This document shows positions 1-9,629 of a stretch of DNA of 64,000 nt, piece by piece. Source of the DNA: Escherichia phage vB_EcoM_JN03; sequence record OR885871; one strand, given 5' to 3'. The position numbers and the translations under genes are program-made. The notes under the pieces were generated by a model, which was not told the DNA's origin, made no database searches, and was given only the letters and a program-made list of their open reading frames with translations. Every line of letters starts with the position of its first letter. Position 1 is the stretch's first letter.

Positions 1-1
1 T

Positions 2-2509
2 TCTACAATTACCTGGGTCTATAATGGGGGTTCAGCGATTGGCGGTGAAACCGAAATCACGTTAGACATCGTTGTTGATGATGTTCCAGCCATTGATATA
101 AACGGAAGTCGCCAGTATAAAAATCTGGGGTTCACATTCGATCCATTAACCAGTAAAATCACTCTTGCGCAAGAACTGGATGCGGAGGATGAAGTTGTTG
201 TAATTATCAATGGAACGCCAAACATCTATAATCAAATTGATTATACTTTGCGGGAAGTGGCTCGTGTAACCAATGTTAAAGATACAGAGGTCATTTATTT
301 TAGTGTTGGTGCTGTGTTAAGTGGATATAAAGTTATCTATGATAAAGTAACACAGAGATCATATTTTATTCCAGAGTTACCGACTGGAACCACGGCGGTC
401 AGCCTTAGTTCTTCGGCTGTACTTGTGCATTCTGCTGGTAGTGTTGATCTGGGCGCATTAGCTGTATCTCGTGAAGAATACGTAACATTGTCTGGGACAT
501 TTGATTCTGGTGCTGTCATCAATGTTAAAAATGAATTACTCACCCACACGGATGGAAAGTATCGCTGGGATGGGGAATTCCCCAAAATCGTTCCGGATGG
601 TTCAACTCCGGCGACGTCTGGTGGCATTGGTATTGGGTCATGGGTTGCAGTAGGTAATGAAGCAATACGTGTAGAGCTTGCAAGTCCTGCAAGTGGGTAT
701 GGTGCTGAAATGGTAGCACTGAAACAGCCAGTTTCTGGCTCAAAAGAGCGCACTGTTTACGACTGGATTGCTGATATCATAACTGCAAAGGATGGGGATA
801 GTATTGTTGCAGATGGTATTAATAATGATGCTGTTGGTATAAACGCTTTCCTACCTGTACTGGCAGCAGCGCAGCGTGAACTCCTTTTAGTTCCTGGCGT
901 TTATTTGATAAACGATGACATTACAATAGATATTCCGGTAACGATCCAGCCAGGTGCAATCCTGAAGCCTAGAAATGGTGCGCAACTTACGTTCAAATCA
1001 GAGATAAGAGCTGGATGCTATAAAATATTCGACACCGAGGATGATTTTTACACGTCACCTGTCGCCGTGCCATCTGTAAAGATAGCAAAAGGCGGAGTAA
1101 AACCAGAGTGGTTTGGTGCTGCTACGGTGAGTTCTTATGATGAGATTGCATCAGCGGTTAACTGCTCTCCGGCATTCATGAAAGCGTGGAGGGCAACAAC
1201 TGGGGAATATACCGCAAACGTTACGGCATCATACAGGCAGTCTGAGTACATGCACTCGTATATAGACCTATCCGCTGGAAAATACCGCATGGATAAAGAG
1301 GTATTCCTTGGTCACACTGATTTCACACCAACAACTGTAAGATACAACAAAAACGGTGGTGGCGTTATAGGGCAAGGTGCAGGTTTATCTATTCTGGTAT
1401 TCACTGACAGCGAGTATGCTGGGAACGCATATTTTACCGCAAATGATATGTCAGGAGAAATGCACACGTTTAAAGGATTTAAATGTACAGCATTCGATCC
1501 ATCAAAAACAGGCACTGCTCAGTATGAAACAAAAGTTGGCGCAATGATTCTGATTGGTAGCGCTGATTCCATAACTACTTCTGATTTATGGGCCGCTGGA
1601 GCGACTACTGTCGTTGCAGATACTAATGGCTTTGGTAGAGGTGGTGTTGGCATTCAGTTTGATTCTCTTGTAGACCATCAATTTTCTGACCTGTTAGTTG
1701 AACATTGTGTGCATGGGGTGGCATTCAGTTCATGCATTTCAACAGGAAATAACATTAAGGGGTTTGCAAACAAAATTAGTGATTTGTCATTCGGAAACTA
1801 CATCCCTGACTGGCCTCAAATGGTATCACAAACAACTAAGAATACTATAGGGGTTAACGGTTTCGAGTCTAAATTCTGCCTGAATAACCCAATAACATTT
1901 GGCACATATGACAACATGGTTGATATAACCGGTGTTGTTGTTGATGGTCGTGCAGAGTCCTCACTGTCAGTCGTTACCAACCGTGTGATTGGATTTGGTG
2001 TTGGTGGTGGTGTGTCAGGCACTATTTCTGGGTCTGCCAGGAATCTGCTTTTAGGACTAATTGCAGATTTCGGGGTCTCATTTGCAGGAAGGGACGGCGC
2101 ACCATTAAGACTTAATTTCGATATCGAGAATATTGTTGGGGCCTCATCTTCTGAAAACGCCGTTGTCGCTGTTGATAAATCTGACTCCAATTTAATTGGT
2201 TCGATTGGTATCTCATCATCTGTGTTTCCTATATTGAGGTCATCTAGCACCACCACCACAATTGAAATAAATGCTAGCGACATAACACTAACAACAGGAA
2301 GCCCTTCTGGAACAAATGCAATCTTATGTAAAGGTGGTAACTTAAACGTCACGGCTTTAAAGATATCAAACTCAACAGGAATAACTGGGTTAGTCTACGC
2401 AGAAAATAGTTCTGTATTACTACCTACACACACTATAAGCCCAACAAGAGCAGTGACAAAAGTTGGCGGAGCGACTATTAAATCGTACTCTATAACTGAT
2501 TTTGCTTAA
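2..2509 (+). CDS. Tailspike / receptor-binding protein TSP-A, 5'-partial (continues upstream of window)
   Basis: Frame is open from nt 2 to the stop at 2507-2509; the ORF-track start at 248 is an internal TTG. Upstream translation (...GGETEITLD...NIYNQIDYTLREVARVTNVKDTEVIYF) parallels the first ~175 aa of TSP-C. Carries the conserved module (NVKD-EVIYF, SGYKVIYD, GSVDLGALAVSREEYVTL, NVKNELL, YRWDG, GSTP..SGG.G.G.W) followed by a Gly/Thr/Asn/Ser-rich divergent C-terminal region. Confidence 0.75.
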   Translation, partial: STITWVYNGGSAIGGETEITLDIVVDDVPAIDINGSRQYKNLGFTFDPLTSKITLAQELDAEDEVVVIINGTPNIYNQIDYTLREVARVTNVKDTEVIYFSVGAVLSGYKVIYDKVTQRSYFIPELPTGTTAVSLSSSAVLVHSAGSVDLGALAVSREEYVTLSGTFDSGAVINVKNELLTHTDGKYRWDGEFPKIVPDGSTPATSGGIGIGSWVAVGNEAIRVELASPASGYGAEMVALKQPVSGSKERTVYDWIADIITAKDGDSIVADGINNDAVGINAFLPVLAAAQRELLLVPGVYLINDDITIDIPVTIQPGAILKPRNGAQLTFKSEIRAGCYKIFDTEDDFYTSPVAVPSVKIAKGGVKPEWFGAATVSSYDEIASAVNCSPAFMKAWRATTGEYTANVTASYRQSEYMHSYIDLSAGKYRMDKEVFLGHTDFTPTTVRYNKNGGGVIGQGAGLSILVFTDSEYAGNAYFTANDMSGEMHTFKGFKCTAFDPSKTGTAQYETKVGAMILIGSADSITTSDLWAAGATTVVADTNGFGRGGVGIQFDSLVDHQFSDLLVEHCVHGVAFSSCISTGNNIKGFANKISDLSFGNYIPDWPQMVSQTTKNTIGVNGFESKFCLNNPITFGTYDNMVDITGVVVDGRAESSLSVVTNRVIGFGVGGGVSGTISGSARNLLLGLIADFGVSFAGRDGAPLRLNFDIENIVGASSSENAVVAVDKSDSNLIGSIGISSSVFPILRSSSTTTTIEINASDITLTTGSPSGTNAILCKGGNLNVTALKISNSTGITGLVYAENSSVLLPTHTISPTRAVTKVGGATIKSYSITDFA

Positions 2510-2513
2510 CAAA

Positions 2514-2540
2514 AACCCCGCTTCGGTGGGGTTCTTATTA
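2514..2540 (+). terminator. Rho-independent terminator (aaccccgcttcggtggggtt + U-tract)
   Basis: GC-rich perfect hairpin immediately after the TSP-A stop, followed by a T-rich run. Confidence 0.7.
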
Positions 2541-2571
2541 TACCTTTGTTCATAAATTTTATTAGTTCAGA

Positions 2572-2579
2572 CTAAATAC
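2572..2579 (+). promoter_or_regulatory. Late-promoter-like box CTAAATAC upstream of TSP-B
   Basis: 7/8 match to T4 late promoter TATAAATA; the same box recurs upstream of several structural genes in this window. Confidence 0.45.
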
Positions 2580-2611
2580 CCCATATTGGTCATCCTTTAT
2601 GGGGTATTATC

Positions 2612-4525
2612 ATGATTTCTCAATTCAATCAACCACGCGGCTCCACTTCCATAGAAGTTAACAAACAATCTATCGCTCGAAATTTCGGTGTCAAAGAAGA
2701 CGAAGTCATTTATTTCACTGTCGGTATTGATCTCAGCGGATTTAAAGTAATTTATGATGAGTCTACCCAACGGGCTTATTCTCTTCCTTCGGGTATTGTT
2801 TCAGGAACGATTGCGATAAGTCTGAACGAACAAGCCATCCTTACTCATTCTTCTGGCTCTGTTGACCTTGGGGAATTAGCAGTAAGCCGCGAAGAATATG
2901 TGACTTTACCTGGTTCTTTTAATTTCGGTCATACCATTAATGTGAAAAATGAACTTCTTGTTCACGATGATAAAAAATATCGATGGGATGGTTCTTTGCC
3001 AAAGGCAGTTGCCGCTGGTTCTACACCCGATAACTCAGGCGGTGTTGGTTTAGGTGCATGGTTGAGTGTTGGTGATGTATCATTGAGAGCGGATTTGGCT
3101 AGTGGCACACTTGGTAAAGGTGCGAATCTTTTGACATATAAGTCACAAGTATCAAACTCGGTTGCTATAAGCCAACAAATTAAAAATAGTGAAAGGGTTT
3201 CTGTTTTTGAGTATTTGGCTAAGCCTATTCCTGGTTTTGATAATGCATCAGCATTCGCTGCTATGAAAGCTGATGCTGAAGCAGGTGTTGTAATAACAGT
3301 ACCTTCAGGAGTATATGAAACATCTGAACCACTGAGATTCACAAAACCTGTTCAAATATGGTTTGATGTAGGAGTGCGAATAAAACTTACATCTGGTGCA
3401 CATGACCATGTTGTGGAAATAGATTTACGTGGACAAGATGAGGGGTATTGGGGGTATAAACCTTTCTTTGGTGGTGGCAGGGTTATTCTTGATGGTCTTG
3501 GTCATGCTAAGTACGGGCTATCACTTCGTGGCGTAATATCTGGTGGTTTTCCTGGTATTCAAGCAACCAATATAACAACTGCTGGGTTATATCTGGCTTG
3601 GACTCAATGCTGTACATACACTGATTTTATTTGCTCTAATAACGTGGAGGTTTTCACAACAAAACCCCTGCACGGTATTTTAGTAGATAAAGATAACAAT
3701 CCGTCAAATCCACGTGGTACATCATGCGATATCTTTATTAACCCATGTGTAGAGCACACTGCGGGTGATGGGTTTGTAGGACTAAGCCTGATGAACTCAA
3801 TGGTTATAAACGGAACAATCGAGGGAAACCTTGGCGCAGGCATTTCATTGGGGCATCCTACAGATAATACTTACACTGCACTGGGTAATACATTTCTTGG
3901 TATTGACCTTGAGGTGAACACGCTAACTGATATTGTGATTAACAAGTTTTCACACATGAACGAGTTCATAGGACTCAAATCAGGTTATTCATCTCCATCA
4001 GTTCAGGTCAGAGGTTTTCGTAACTATTTCTCTGGAGGTACTGTTAGCGATTTCGACTTCAGGCCAGATAGCCATGACAACCACGTACAGGATGTAACAC
4101 TTTTAGCTGAGTTTCCTGTTGTTAATGATGAAGGGATAAGAAACACTTATGAAAGATTATGGAATCTTAACAATGCTCAAGTTAACGTAAGCACAAACCC
4201 TGTTAACACAAGAAGCAATCAGCCTATAGCGGGAGGTGAGACAGTAACGTTAGACCCATATAAAGCATCCTATGTTGTATGCACCGCAACAGGAACACCT
4301 ATTAATATAGTTTCTGCCACCAAAAAATTAGATGGAGCAAGAATAGATTTGACAATTCACAATGCATCAGGAACAGATTCATTAGTCATTAACTGGGCAT
4401 CAGATATTAGAGTTGGCAATTTTACTCCTCCACCAGCAGGTAAACATAAGGGGTTATCACTAAGATATGATGCTAATTACGGTTATTGGACTGTAGTTGG
4501 TGTTGGACTGGACGCTTTATCGTGA
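2612..4525 (+). CDS. Tailspike / receptor-binding protein TSP-B (637 aa)
   Basis: N-terminus carries the conserved module shared with the other three genes (GVKEDEVIYF, SGFKVIYD, GSVDLGELAVSREEYVTL, NVKNELLVH, YRWDG, GSTPDNSGGVGLGAWLSVG); divergent C-terminal domain. Confidence 0.75.
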   Translation: MISQFNQPRGSTSIEVNKQSIARNFGVKEDEVIYFTVGIDLSGFKVIYDESTQRAYSLPSGIVSGTIAISLNEQAILTHSSGSVDLGELAVSREEYVTLPGSFNFGHTINVKNELLVHDDKKYRWDGSLPKAVAAGSTPDNSGGVGLGAWLSVGDVSLRADLASGTLGKGANLLTYKSQVSNSVAISQQIKNSERVSVFEYLAKPIPGFDNASAFAAMKADAEAGVVITVPSGVYETSEPLRFTKPVQIWFDVGVRIKLTSGAHDHVVEIDLRGQDEGYWGYKPFFGGGRVILDGLGHAKYGLSLRGVISGGFPGIQATNITTAGLYLAWTQCCTYTDFICSNNVEVFTTKPLHGILVDKDNNPSNPRGTSCDIFINPCVEHTAGDGFVGLSLMNSMVINGTIEGNLGAGISLGHPTDNTYTALGNTFLGIDLEVNTLTDIVINKFSHMNEFIGLKSGYSSPSVQVRGFRNYFSGGTVSDFDFRPDSHDNHVQDVTLLAEFPVVNDEGIRNTYERLWNLNNAQVNVSTNPVNTRSNQPIAGGETVTLDPYKASYVVCTATGTPINIVSATKKLDGARIDLTIHNASGTDSLVINWASDIRVGNFTPPPAGKHKGLSLRYDANYGYWTVVGVGLDALS

Positions 4526-4573
4526 CATCACCAACATTATAAAATGATGTTGTTGCTGTTAAAATTTAAATAA

Positions 4574-4598
4574 CCCCGCTTTGGCGGGGTTCTTGTTA
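4574..4598 (+). terminator. Rho-independent terminator (aaccccgctttggcggggtt + U-tract)
   Basis: Near-identical copy of the hairpin at 2514-2540; part of a ~100-bp repeated intergenic cassette. Confidence 0.7.
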
Positions 4599-4629
4599 TA
4601 CCTTTGTTCATAAATTTTATTAGTTCAGA

Positions 4630-4637
4630 CTAAATAC
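4630..4637 (+). promoter_or_regulatory. Late-promoter-like box CTAAATAC upstream of TSP-C
   Basis: Same cassette as at 2572-2579. Confidence 0.45.
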
Positions 4638-4672
4638 CCCATATTGGCAAATCCTTTATGGGGTATTTTCAA

Positions 4673-7438
4673 ATGACCAGAAATGTAGAAGAATTATTCG
4701 GCGGCGTAATCACAGCTCCTCACCAGATTCCTTTCACGTATAAATCAAATGTCGGTGGAGAAACTTTCCTTTCTTTGCCGTTCCATCCCGTCACTGGTGT
4801 TATCACAATCAACGGTGGTATGCAAGTTCCGTTAGACAACTTTGAAATCGAAGGAAATACGTTGAATCTCGGGCGCGCATTGTCCAAAGGCGATGTTGTG
4901 TATTGCTTATTCGATAAAATTCTTTCGCCAGAAGATACAGCCAAAGGTATCCGCATATACAAATTTCAGGCCGTGGGAGGTGAAACCGAGTTCACTCCTG
5001 ATTTCACATCCTATGGTGTCCAATCTCTTTATATCGGTGGCGAGTACAAAACACCCGAAATTGAATATTCCTATAACAGCACGACAGGGAAAGTGTCTTT
5101 GCAAACTGCACTGACTGCAGGCGTTTGGGTAGTCGCTGAAATGTCTGTTAAACAACCGAATATCAGTCCGGCGTTTGACCGAAGTATTCAAGAAATCGCC
5201 CGTTCTGCTAATGTAAAAGACTCTGAAGTCATCGTTAGTACGGACACCATATCTTTGTTGGATGGGAAGAAAGTTGTTTATGATATAGCGACGCAAACCA
5301 GTTATGGTTTACCAACCATTCCTGATGGTTCTGTCATTTCTTCTGTATCTGCTGGGAAATTGAATTACAACCCAGGTGATGTGCAGGTTGATTTGTTGCC
5401 TTTAGAAGATTCATTTATTAATGTGATAAACACTCTGGGGCGCAATGATGGTGCCAAGTATATTGGAGAATGCCATTCTGTTGCTGATCTCAGGAATACT
5501 GAACCCACTATGGATGGACAACGCATTATTCTTAAGCAACACACTGCGGGTACTCTTCTTGGCGGAGGGGTATTCCGTGCGTTAATTGATGGTACAGGAA
5601 AGACTGATAATAACGGTACTGTGATCAAAACTGTTGGCGGCGCGGCATGGTTACGTGTTAATGCTGATAGAGTTAACCCATTCATGTTTGGTGCTTTGGG
5701 TGGTTCTAATGATGATACTATTCCAGTACAATCTTGTGTGGATAGTGGTAAGGCCACACAATTAACTGATGCACATTACGTTAGCAATATCCAGTTAAAA
5801 TATAATACGTCGTCTATTTATGGGTCTGGATTACATTACTCAAGGTTGCATCAGTTGCCTTCTGCTACTGGGAATTGTATTACCATAAAAGATACATGCT
5901 CCCTTATTGTATTAGACGCCTTTGGGGTATATGGCACAGGTGCACAACAAGGCATGCCATTTACTGCGGGCACAACAGGTATCTATGTAGAAACTCCTTC
6001 AGGTCTCTCAGCCGATTATCCGTTCCACACTACCGCAGACCCAAGACGCGACTTGTGTATTTCTAAGGTCCATATAGCAGGTTTTGATGAATATGGGTTA
6101 AATATTGATAGTGGTAACTTTAGTGTTACTACAGATTCTCTTTTAGTCAACCACATCAATCAGGTGGGTGTCCGTTGTGCTACTACTGATTGGACTTGGA
6201 CAAATATCCAGGTTAATACCTGCGGTAAACAATGTCTGGTTCTTGATGGTTGTGGTAATGGTCGTATTATTGGCGGTAAATTCATTTGGGCTAACTGGCA
6301 ACCTTATGGTACAGTAGGACAGTTCCCAGGCATTACTATTAATAACAGCCAGAATATGGTTATTAATGGTATTGAGGTACAAGATTGTGGCGGGAATGGC
6401 ATTGAGATTAGCGATTCATATTCAATTTCCATGAACGGATTGAACACCAATCGTAACGGCATCAATGCTAACAACACTTTCTACAACATCGTATTTAACA
6501 AAAGCGATGCAGTTATCAACGGATTCGTAGGACTCAATTATGCCGCGAATAGTGGTTCAGGTGCTAACTCTAGTGCAGGCAATTTTCAGTTCCTGTCTAA
6601 TGATTGTAGTGTCACCATTAATGGTGTGGTTGAGACTGGTTATATGGGCATTAACTTTATTGGTGATAACAATATTATCAACCCCACCAATTCCGACCTG
6701 AGCATTAACGGATTGGTTAATTATTCCAAGACTGGTTTGCAAACCATGAACGAGACCCCTACATTTGATGGTGTTAGCACTACACCTGTTTATGTAAGTG
6801 TCCCATCTTCTGTAGGGCAAGTAAATGGTCTGAGACTATCACAAGCCAACAAAGATAAATTACTGTATTCAAGAACAGCAGGTCCAGAAGGTATTACCAT
6901 GGCTGCTGTTGTAGTACCCACCATATCTGGAGCTGAAGTATTTAACTTCATGGCCATTGGTTCAGGGTTTAGTGATACATCCAACAGTCTTCATCTTCAA
7001 TTAGTTATAGACGCTTCTGGAAAACAAACAATTGCTTTGCTATTGGGGGGCGATGGTACAACCCAAATTTTATCTGGGGATTTACCTAACGACCTTAAAC
7101 TACAAAGTGGTGTACCATATCATATAGCTATTGGTGCTAAACCTGGATATTTCTGGTGGAGTATTCTTAATATTCAGACGGGTAAGAGAATCAGACGGTC
7201 ATTCCGAGGCGCTTATTTAGCCGTACCATTTAATTCTATATTCGGATTAACTTCTTCATTAACATTCTTCTCGGATAGCAATGCTGGTGGGGATGCTTGT
7301 TCTGGGGTTGGTGCTAAAGTGTATGTTGGTATGTTCTCTTCTGAGAACGATTATGTAGCTTCACGATACTACAACCTGATTAATCCTGTAGACCCTACTA
7401 AGTTAATTAGTTACCGTATATTGGATTCTTCTATTTAA
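4673..7438 (+). CDS. Tailspike / receptor-binding protein TSP-C (~921 aa) with long N-terminal extension
   Basis: Start moved to the ATG at 4673 because the ORF-track ATG at 4658 lies inside the conserved hairpin. The conserved module is internal (IQEIARSANVKDSEVI ... from ~aa 175), preceded by an N-terminal domain like the upstream part of TSP-A. Confidence 0.7.
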   Translation: MTRNVEELFGGVITAPHQIPFTYKSNVGGETFLSLPFHPVTGVITINGGMQVPLDNFEIEGNTLNLGRALSKGDVVYCLFDKILSPEDTAKGIRIYKFQAVGGETEFTPDFTSYGVQSLYIGGEYKTPEIEYSYNSTTGKVSLQTALTAGVWVVAEMSVKQPNISPAFDRSIQEIARSANVKDSEVIVSTDTISLLDGKKVVYDIATQTSYGLPTIPDGSVISSVSAGKLNYNPGDVQVDLLPLEDSFINVINTLGRNDGAKYIGECHSVADLRNTEPTMDGQRIILKQHTAGTLLGGGVFRALIDGTGKTDNNGTVIKTVGGAAWLRVNADRVNPFMFGALGGSNDDTIPVQSCVDSGKATQLTDAHYVSNIQLKYNTSSIYGSGLHYSRLHQLPSATGNCITIKDTCSLIVLDAFGVYGTGAQQGMPFTAGTTGIYVETPSGLSADYPFHTTADPRRDLCISKVHIAGFDEYGLNIDSGNFSVTTDSLLVNHINQVGVRCATTDWTWTNIQVNTCGKQCLVLDGCGNGRIIGGKFIWANWQPYGTVGQFPGITINNSQNMVINGIEVQDCGGNGIEISDSYSISMNGLNTNRNGINANNTFYNIVFNKSDAVINGFVGLNYAANSGSGANSSAGNFQFLSNDCSVTINGVVETGYMGINFIGDNNIINPTNSDLSINGLVNYSKTGLQTMNETPTFDGVSTTPVYVSVPSSVGQVNGLRLSQANKDKLLYSRTAGPEGITMAAVVVPTISGAEVFNFMAIGSGFSDTSNSLHLQLVIDASGKQTIALLLGGDGTTQILSGDLPNDLKLQSGVPYHIAIGAKPGYFWWSILNIQTGKRIRRSFRGAYLAVPFNSIFGLTSSLTFFSDSNAGGDACSGVGAKVYVGMFSSENDYVASRYYNLINPVDPTKLISYRILDSSI

Positions 7439-7444
7439 AAATAT

Positions 7445-7468
7445 ACCCCTCTTCGGAGGGGTCTTTAC
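7445..7468 (+). terminator. Rho-independent terminator (acccctcttcggaggggt + U-tract)
   Basis: Perfect hairpin right after the TSP-C stop. Confidence 0.6.
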
Positions 7469-7489
7469 TAGAAAAACAATGAGGTACTT

Positions 7490-9535
7490 ATGAACGAAAT
7501 GTTTAGTCAAGGTGGTAAAGGTTCGACTGGAATCTTAACCAATAAACAAGCAGTAGCCAGACACTTTGGTGTTAAACAATCTGAGGTTGTTTATGCCAAA
7601 TCAGGACAGTCCTTGTCTGGTTATAAAGTGATCTACGATAAGGTATCTCAACGTGCCTACGCTCTCCCTTCTAACATTGGTGCTGTAACGGTCACCAGTT
7701 TGGTCGACGGCATCCTCACGCACTCTGGAGGCACCGTAGATTTGGGTGCATTGGCTGTGTTAAGGGAAGAGTATGTTACTCTTGTTGAAAATTTTACTTC
7801 TGGATTTACGATTCGTGTCAAGAACGAAGTCGTGAGCGATGGGGTGAGTCTATATCGTTGGGATGGTGCTTTACCTAAAACCGTTGCACCTGGCTCAACA
7901 CCTGAAACAACTGGTGGAGTTGGTTTAGGTGCATGGTTGAGTGTTGGTGTTGCCACATTAAGAAGTGAATTAACATTGAATGTTTCAGATATTAATGGAT
8001 TGATTAACGTTAATACAAGAAACAAAAATTTCATGTATGTTACATCATCGTTTCGAGGGGGTGGAGGTGCTGGTGTATATGTATGGAATCCCACAAAAAA
8101 TAAATCATTACATAACGGAGCGACTATCATAGACCCATCAAGGACTCTACCGATAAACTGGGATTCTCAGTCGCAAATAGATGATTGGTTTACAATTTCA
8201 TCCACAGATGGGGTGGGATGTTTTGAATTAATTGAGGGGGAGAGCTCGGTTAATCCATTGCAGTGGGGCTGCTTGGGCGATTCATCAAAAGACAACCCAC
8301 ATAGTGGGTATGATAACTCTTTAATATCTGATTATGTTGATGACTACGCTGAATCAGTAAATAAAACAGTATTTTGGCCTCACGGTATATTTAGATTCAC
8401 TGGCCCACAGCAAAGAAAGACAAGGCATGATGGACATGAATACATTAGAATGAATAGTGAGTTTTCTACTGTTTTTATTATTGATAATCAGACGCCAATA
8501 ACTTTTCTAAAAGGAAAAGGGATTGGGACCGACCATCAGAAACTGTATGCCCACGGTTCAAGAGGAATAGAATATATTGGCAACCCTAAACGAATCCATA
8601 CTCTTCTTGATGCATACATGTACACGACATCATGGGAGCATTTTGCTGTTCGTGGATTTAAATATGGATTTGATATAAATTTTGTTTCTTTCCATATTCA
8701 GAATTTCTATTTTACTGATAATGAAATTGGAATTTACCCAAAACCACTAATGCCGCCATTGCAAGCTGCCGCACCAAGTACAATGCTATCATTATCTTAC
8801 GGTGCATTTGATTTCAGTAAGAATGGAATAGTATTCACTGAGAGATTTGGGCTTGGCGAGGCAGAAAACGTCATAAACGTAAATCTATCTTCTGTTGTGT
8901 TCGAACAAAATGAATTTGACGGATTCAGTTGTGCTAACTATCCATTACCTGTCGGTGTGAAAAATGCCAACAACAGGGTTATGAACCTTACAGTAAATAA
9001 TTGCTGGGCTGAACTTAACGGTAGAGCTGGTTTCAATTTCGAGAACGCTGACGTAACTGCGAATTCATTGAGAATAAATGAAGCGGATGAATTGATTTAT
9101 CCAGCAGGGGCAAGGACATACTCTATTGATGTAAATGGTGTAAGGGAAACAAACGTACTAAAATCGTCACTTTATGGAGCGCATAATATAGAAGCTCCGG
9201 TATCTGGTCAAATGATAATAAAACCAGATGGTAGCATTTATTCTGGTGCGACAATGCCTTTTACTGTTACAAAGACATCGGAAGGTCAATTTAAATTAAC
9301 GAATGCATCATCTACTCAGGGGTTTCAATACGTATCAATAGAGGTTATGCCATTCGATAGAGCAAGGATTGATACTGTTGTGACATGTGACCCATCAGAT
9401 GTCGCAGCGTTCGTTCAGTTTGGTACAATATCAAGCTATAAGATTGAATTTACATCGAGAGGCACATCTACATTTGTAACTCCAGAGGCTGGTTTCGCAG
9501 TTAAATTCTCATGGGTTCACCCTCTTAATAATTAA
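7490..9535 (+). CDS. Tailspike / receptor-binding protein TSP-D (681 aa)
   Basis: RBS gagg 7 nt upstream. N-terminal conserved module present (GVKQSEVVYA, SGYKVIYDKVSQRAY, GTVDLGALAVLREEYVTL, RVKNEVV, YRWDG, GSTPETTGGVGLGAWLSVG); divergent C-terminus. Confidence 0.75.
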   Translation: MNEMFSQGGKGSTGILTNKQAVARHFGVKQSEVVYAKSGQSLSGYKVIYDKVSQRAYALPSNIGAVTVTSLVDGILTHSGGTVDLGALAVLREEYVTLVENFTSGFTIRVKNEVVSDGVSLYRWDGALPKTVAPGSTPETTGGVGLGAWLSVGVATLRSELTLNVSDINGLINVNTRNKNFMYVTSSFRGGGGAGVYVWNPTKNKSLHNGATIIDPSRTLPINWDSQSQIDDWFTISSTDGVGCFELIEGESSVNPLQWGCLGDSSKDNPHSGYDNSLISDYVDDYAESVNKTVFWPHGIFRFTGPQQRKTRHDGHEYIRMNSEFSTVFIIDNQTPITFLKGKGIGTDHQKLYAHGSRGIEYIGNPKRIHTLLDAYMYTTSWEHFAVRGFKYGFDINFVSFHIQNFYFTDNEIGIYPKPLMPPLQAAAPSTMLSLSYGAFDFSKNGIVFTERFGLGEAENVINVNLSSVVFEQNEFDGFSCANYPLPVGVKNANNRVMNLTVNNCWAELNGRAGFNFENADVTANSLRINEADELIYPAGARTYSIDVNGVRETNVLKSSLYGAHNIEAPVSGQMIIKPDGSIYSGATMPFTVTKTSEGQFKLTNASSTQGFQYVSIEVMPFDRARIDTVVTCDPSDVAAFVQFGTISSYKIEFTSRGTSTFVTPEAGFAVKFSWVHPLNN

Positions 9536-9540
9536 TATAA

Positions 9541-9568
9541 AAACCCCGCTAATGCGGGGTTTTATTTC
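9541..9568 (+). terminator. Rho-independent terminator (aaaccccgctaatgcggggttt + U-tract)
   Basis: Hairpin plus T-run directly after the TSP-D stop. Confidence 0.7.
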
Positions 9569-9589
9569 TATCTGTTTGTTGGCTGTATA

Positions 9590-9597
9590 CTAAATAT
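9590..9597 (+). promoter_or_regulatory. Late-promoter-like box CTAAATAT
   Basis: About 33 nt upstream of the ATG at 9630. Confidence 0.4.
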
Positions 9598-9629
9598 CTC
9601 TATAAAATGGCACTCGATGGAGCATCAAA

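Noticed and set aside
1816-2352. Minus-strand ORF (178 aa) inside the TSP-A coding region, representative of many antisense ORFs embedded in large + strand genes (e.g. 337..753, 2962..3342, 7657..8130, 18268..18990, 21518..22171, 26248..26817, 38772..39389, 43820..44368).
   Set aside because: Fully contained in well-supported + strand genes with homology or strong synteny; no RBS or independent support; typical shadow ORFs.
248-2509. ORF-track start of the first gene at nt 248.
   Set aside because: Codon 248-250 is TTG and the frame stays open back to nt 2 with upstream residues homologous to the TSP-C N-terminus; the gene is 5'-truncated by the window instead.
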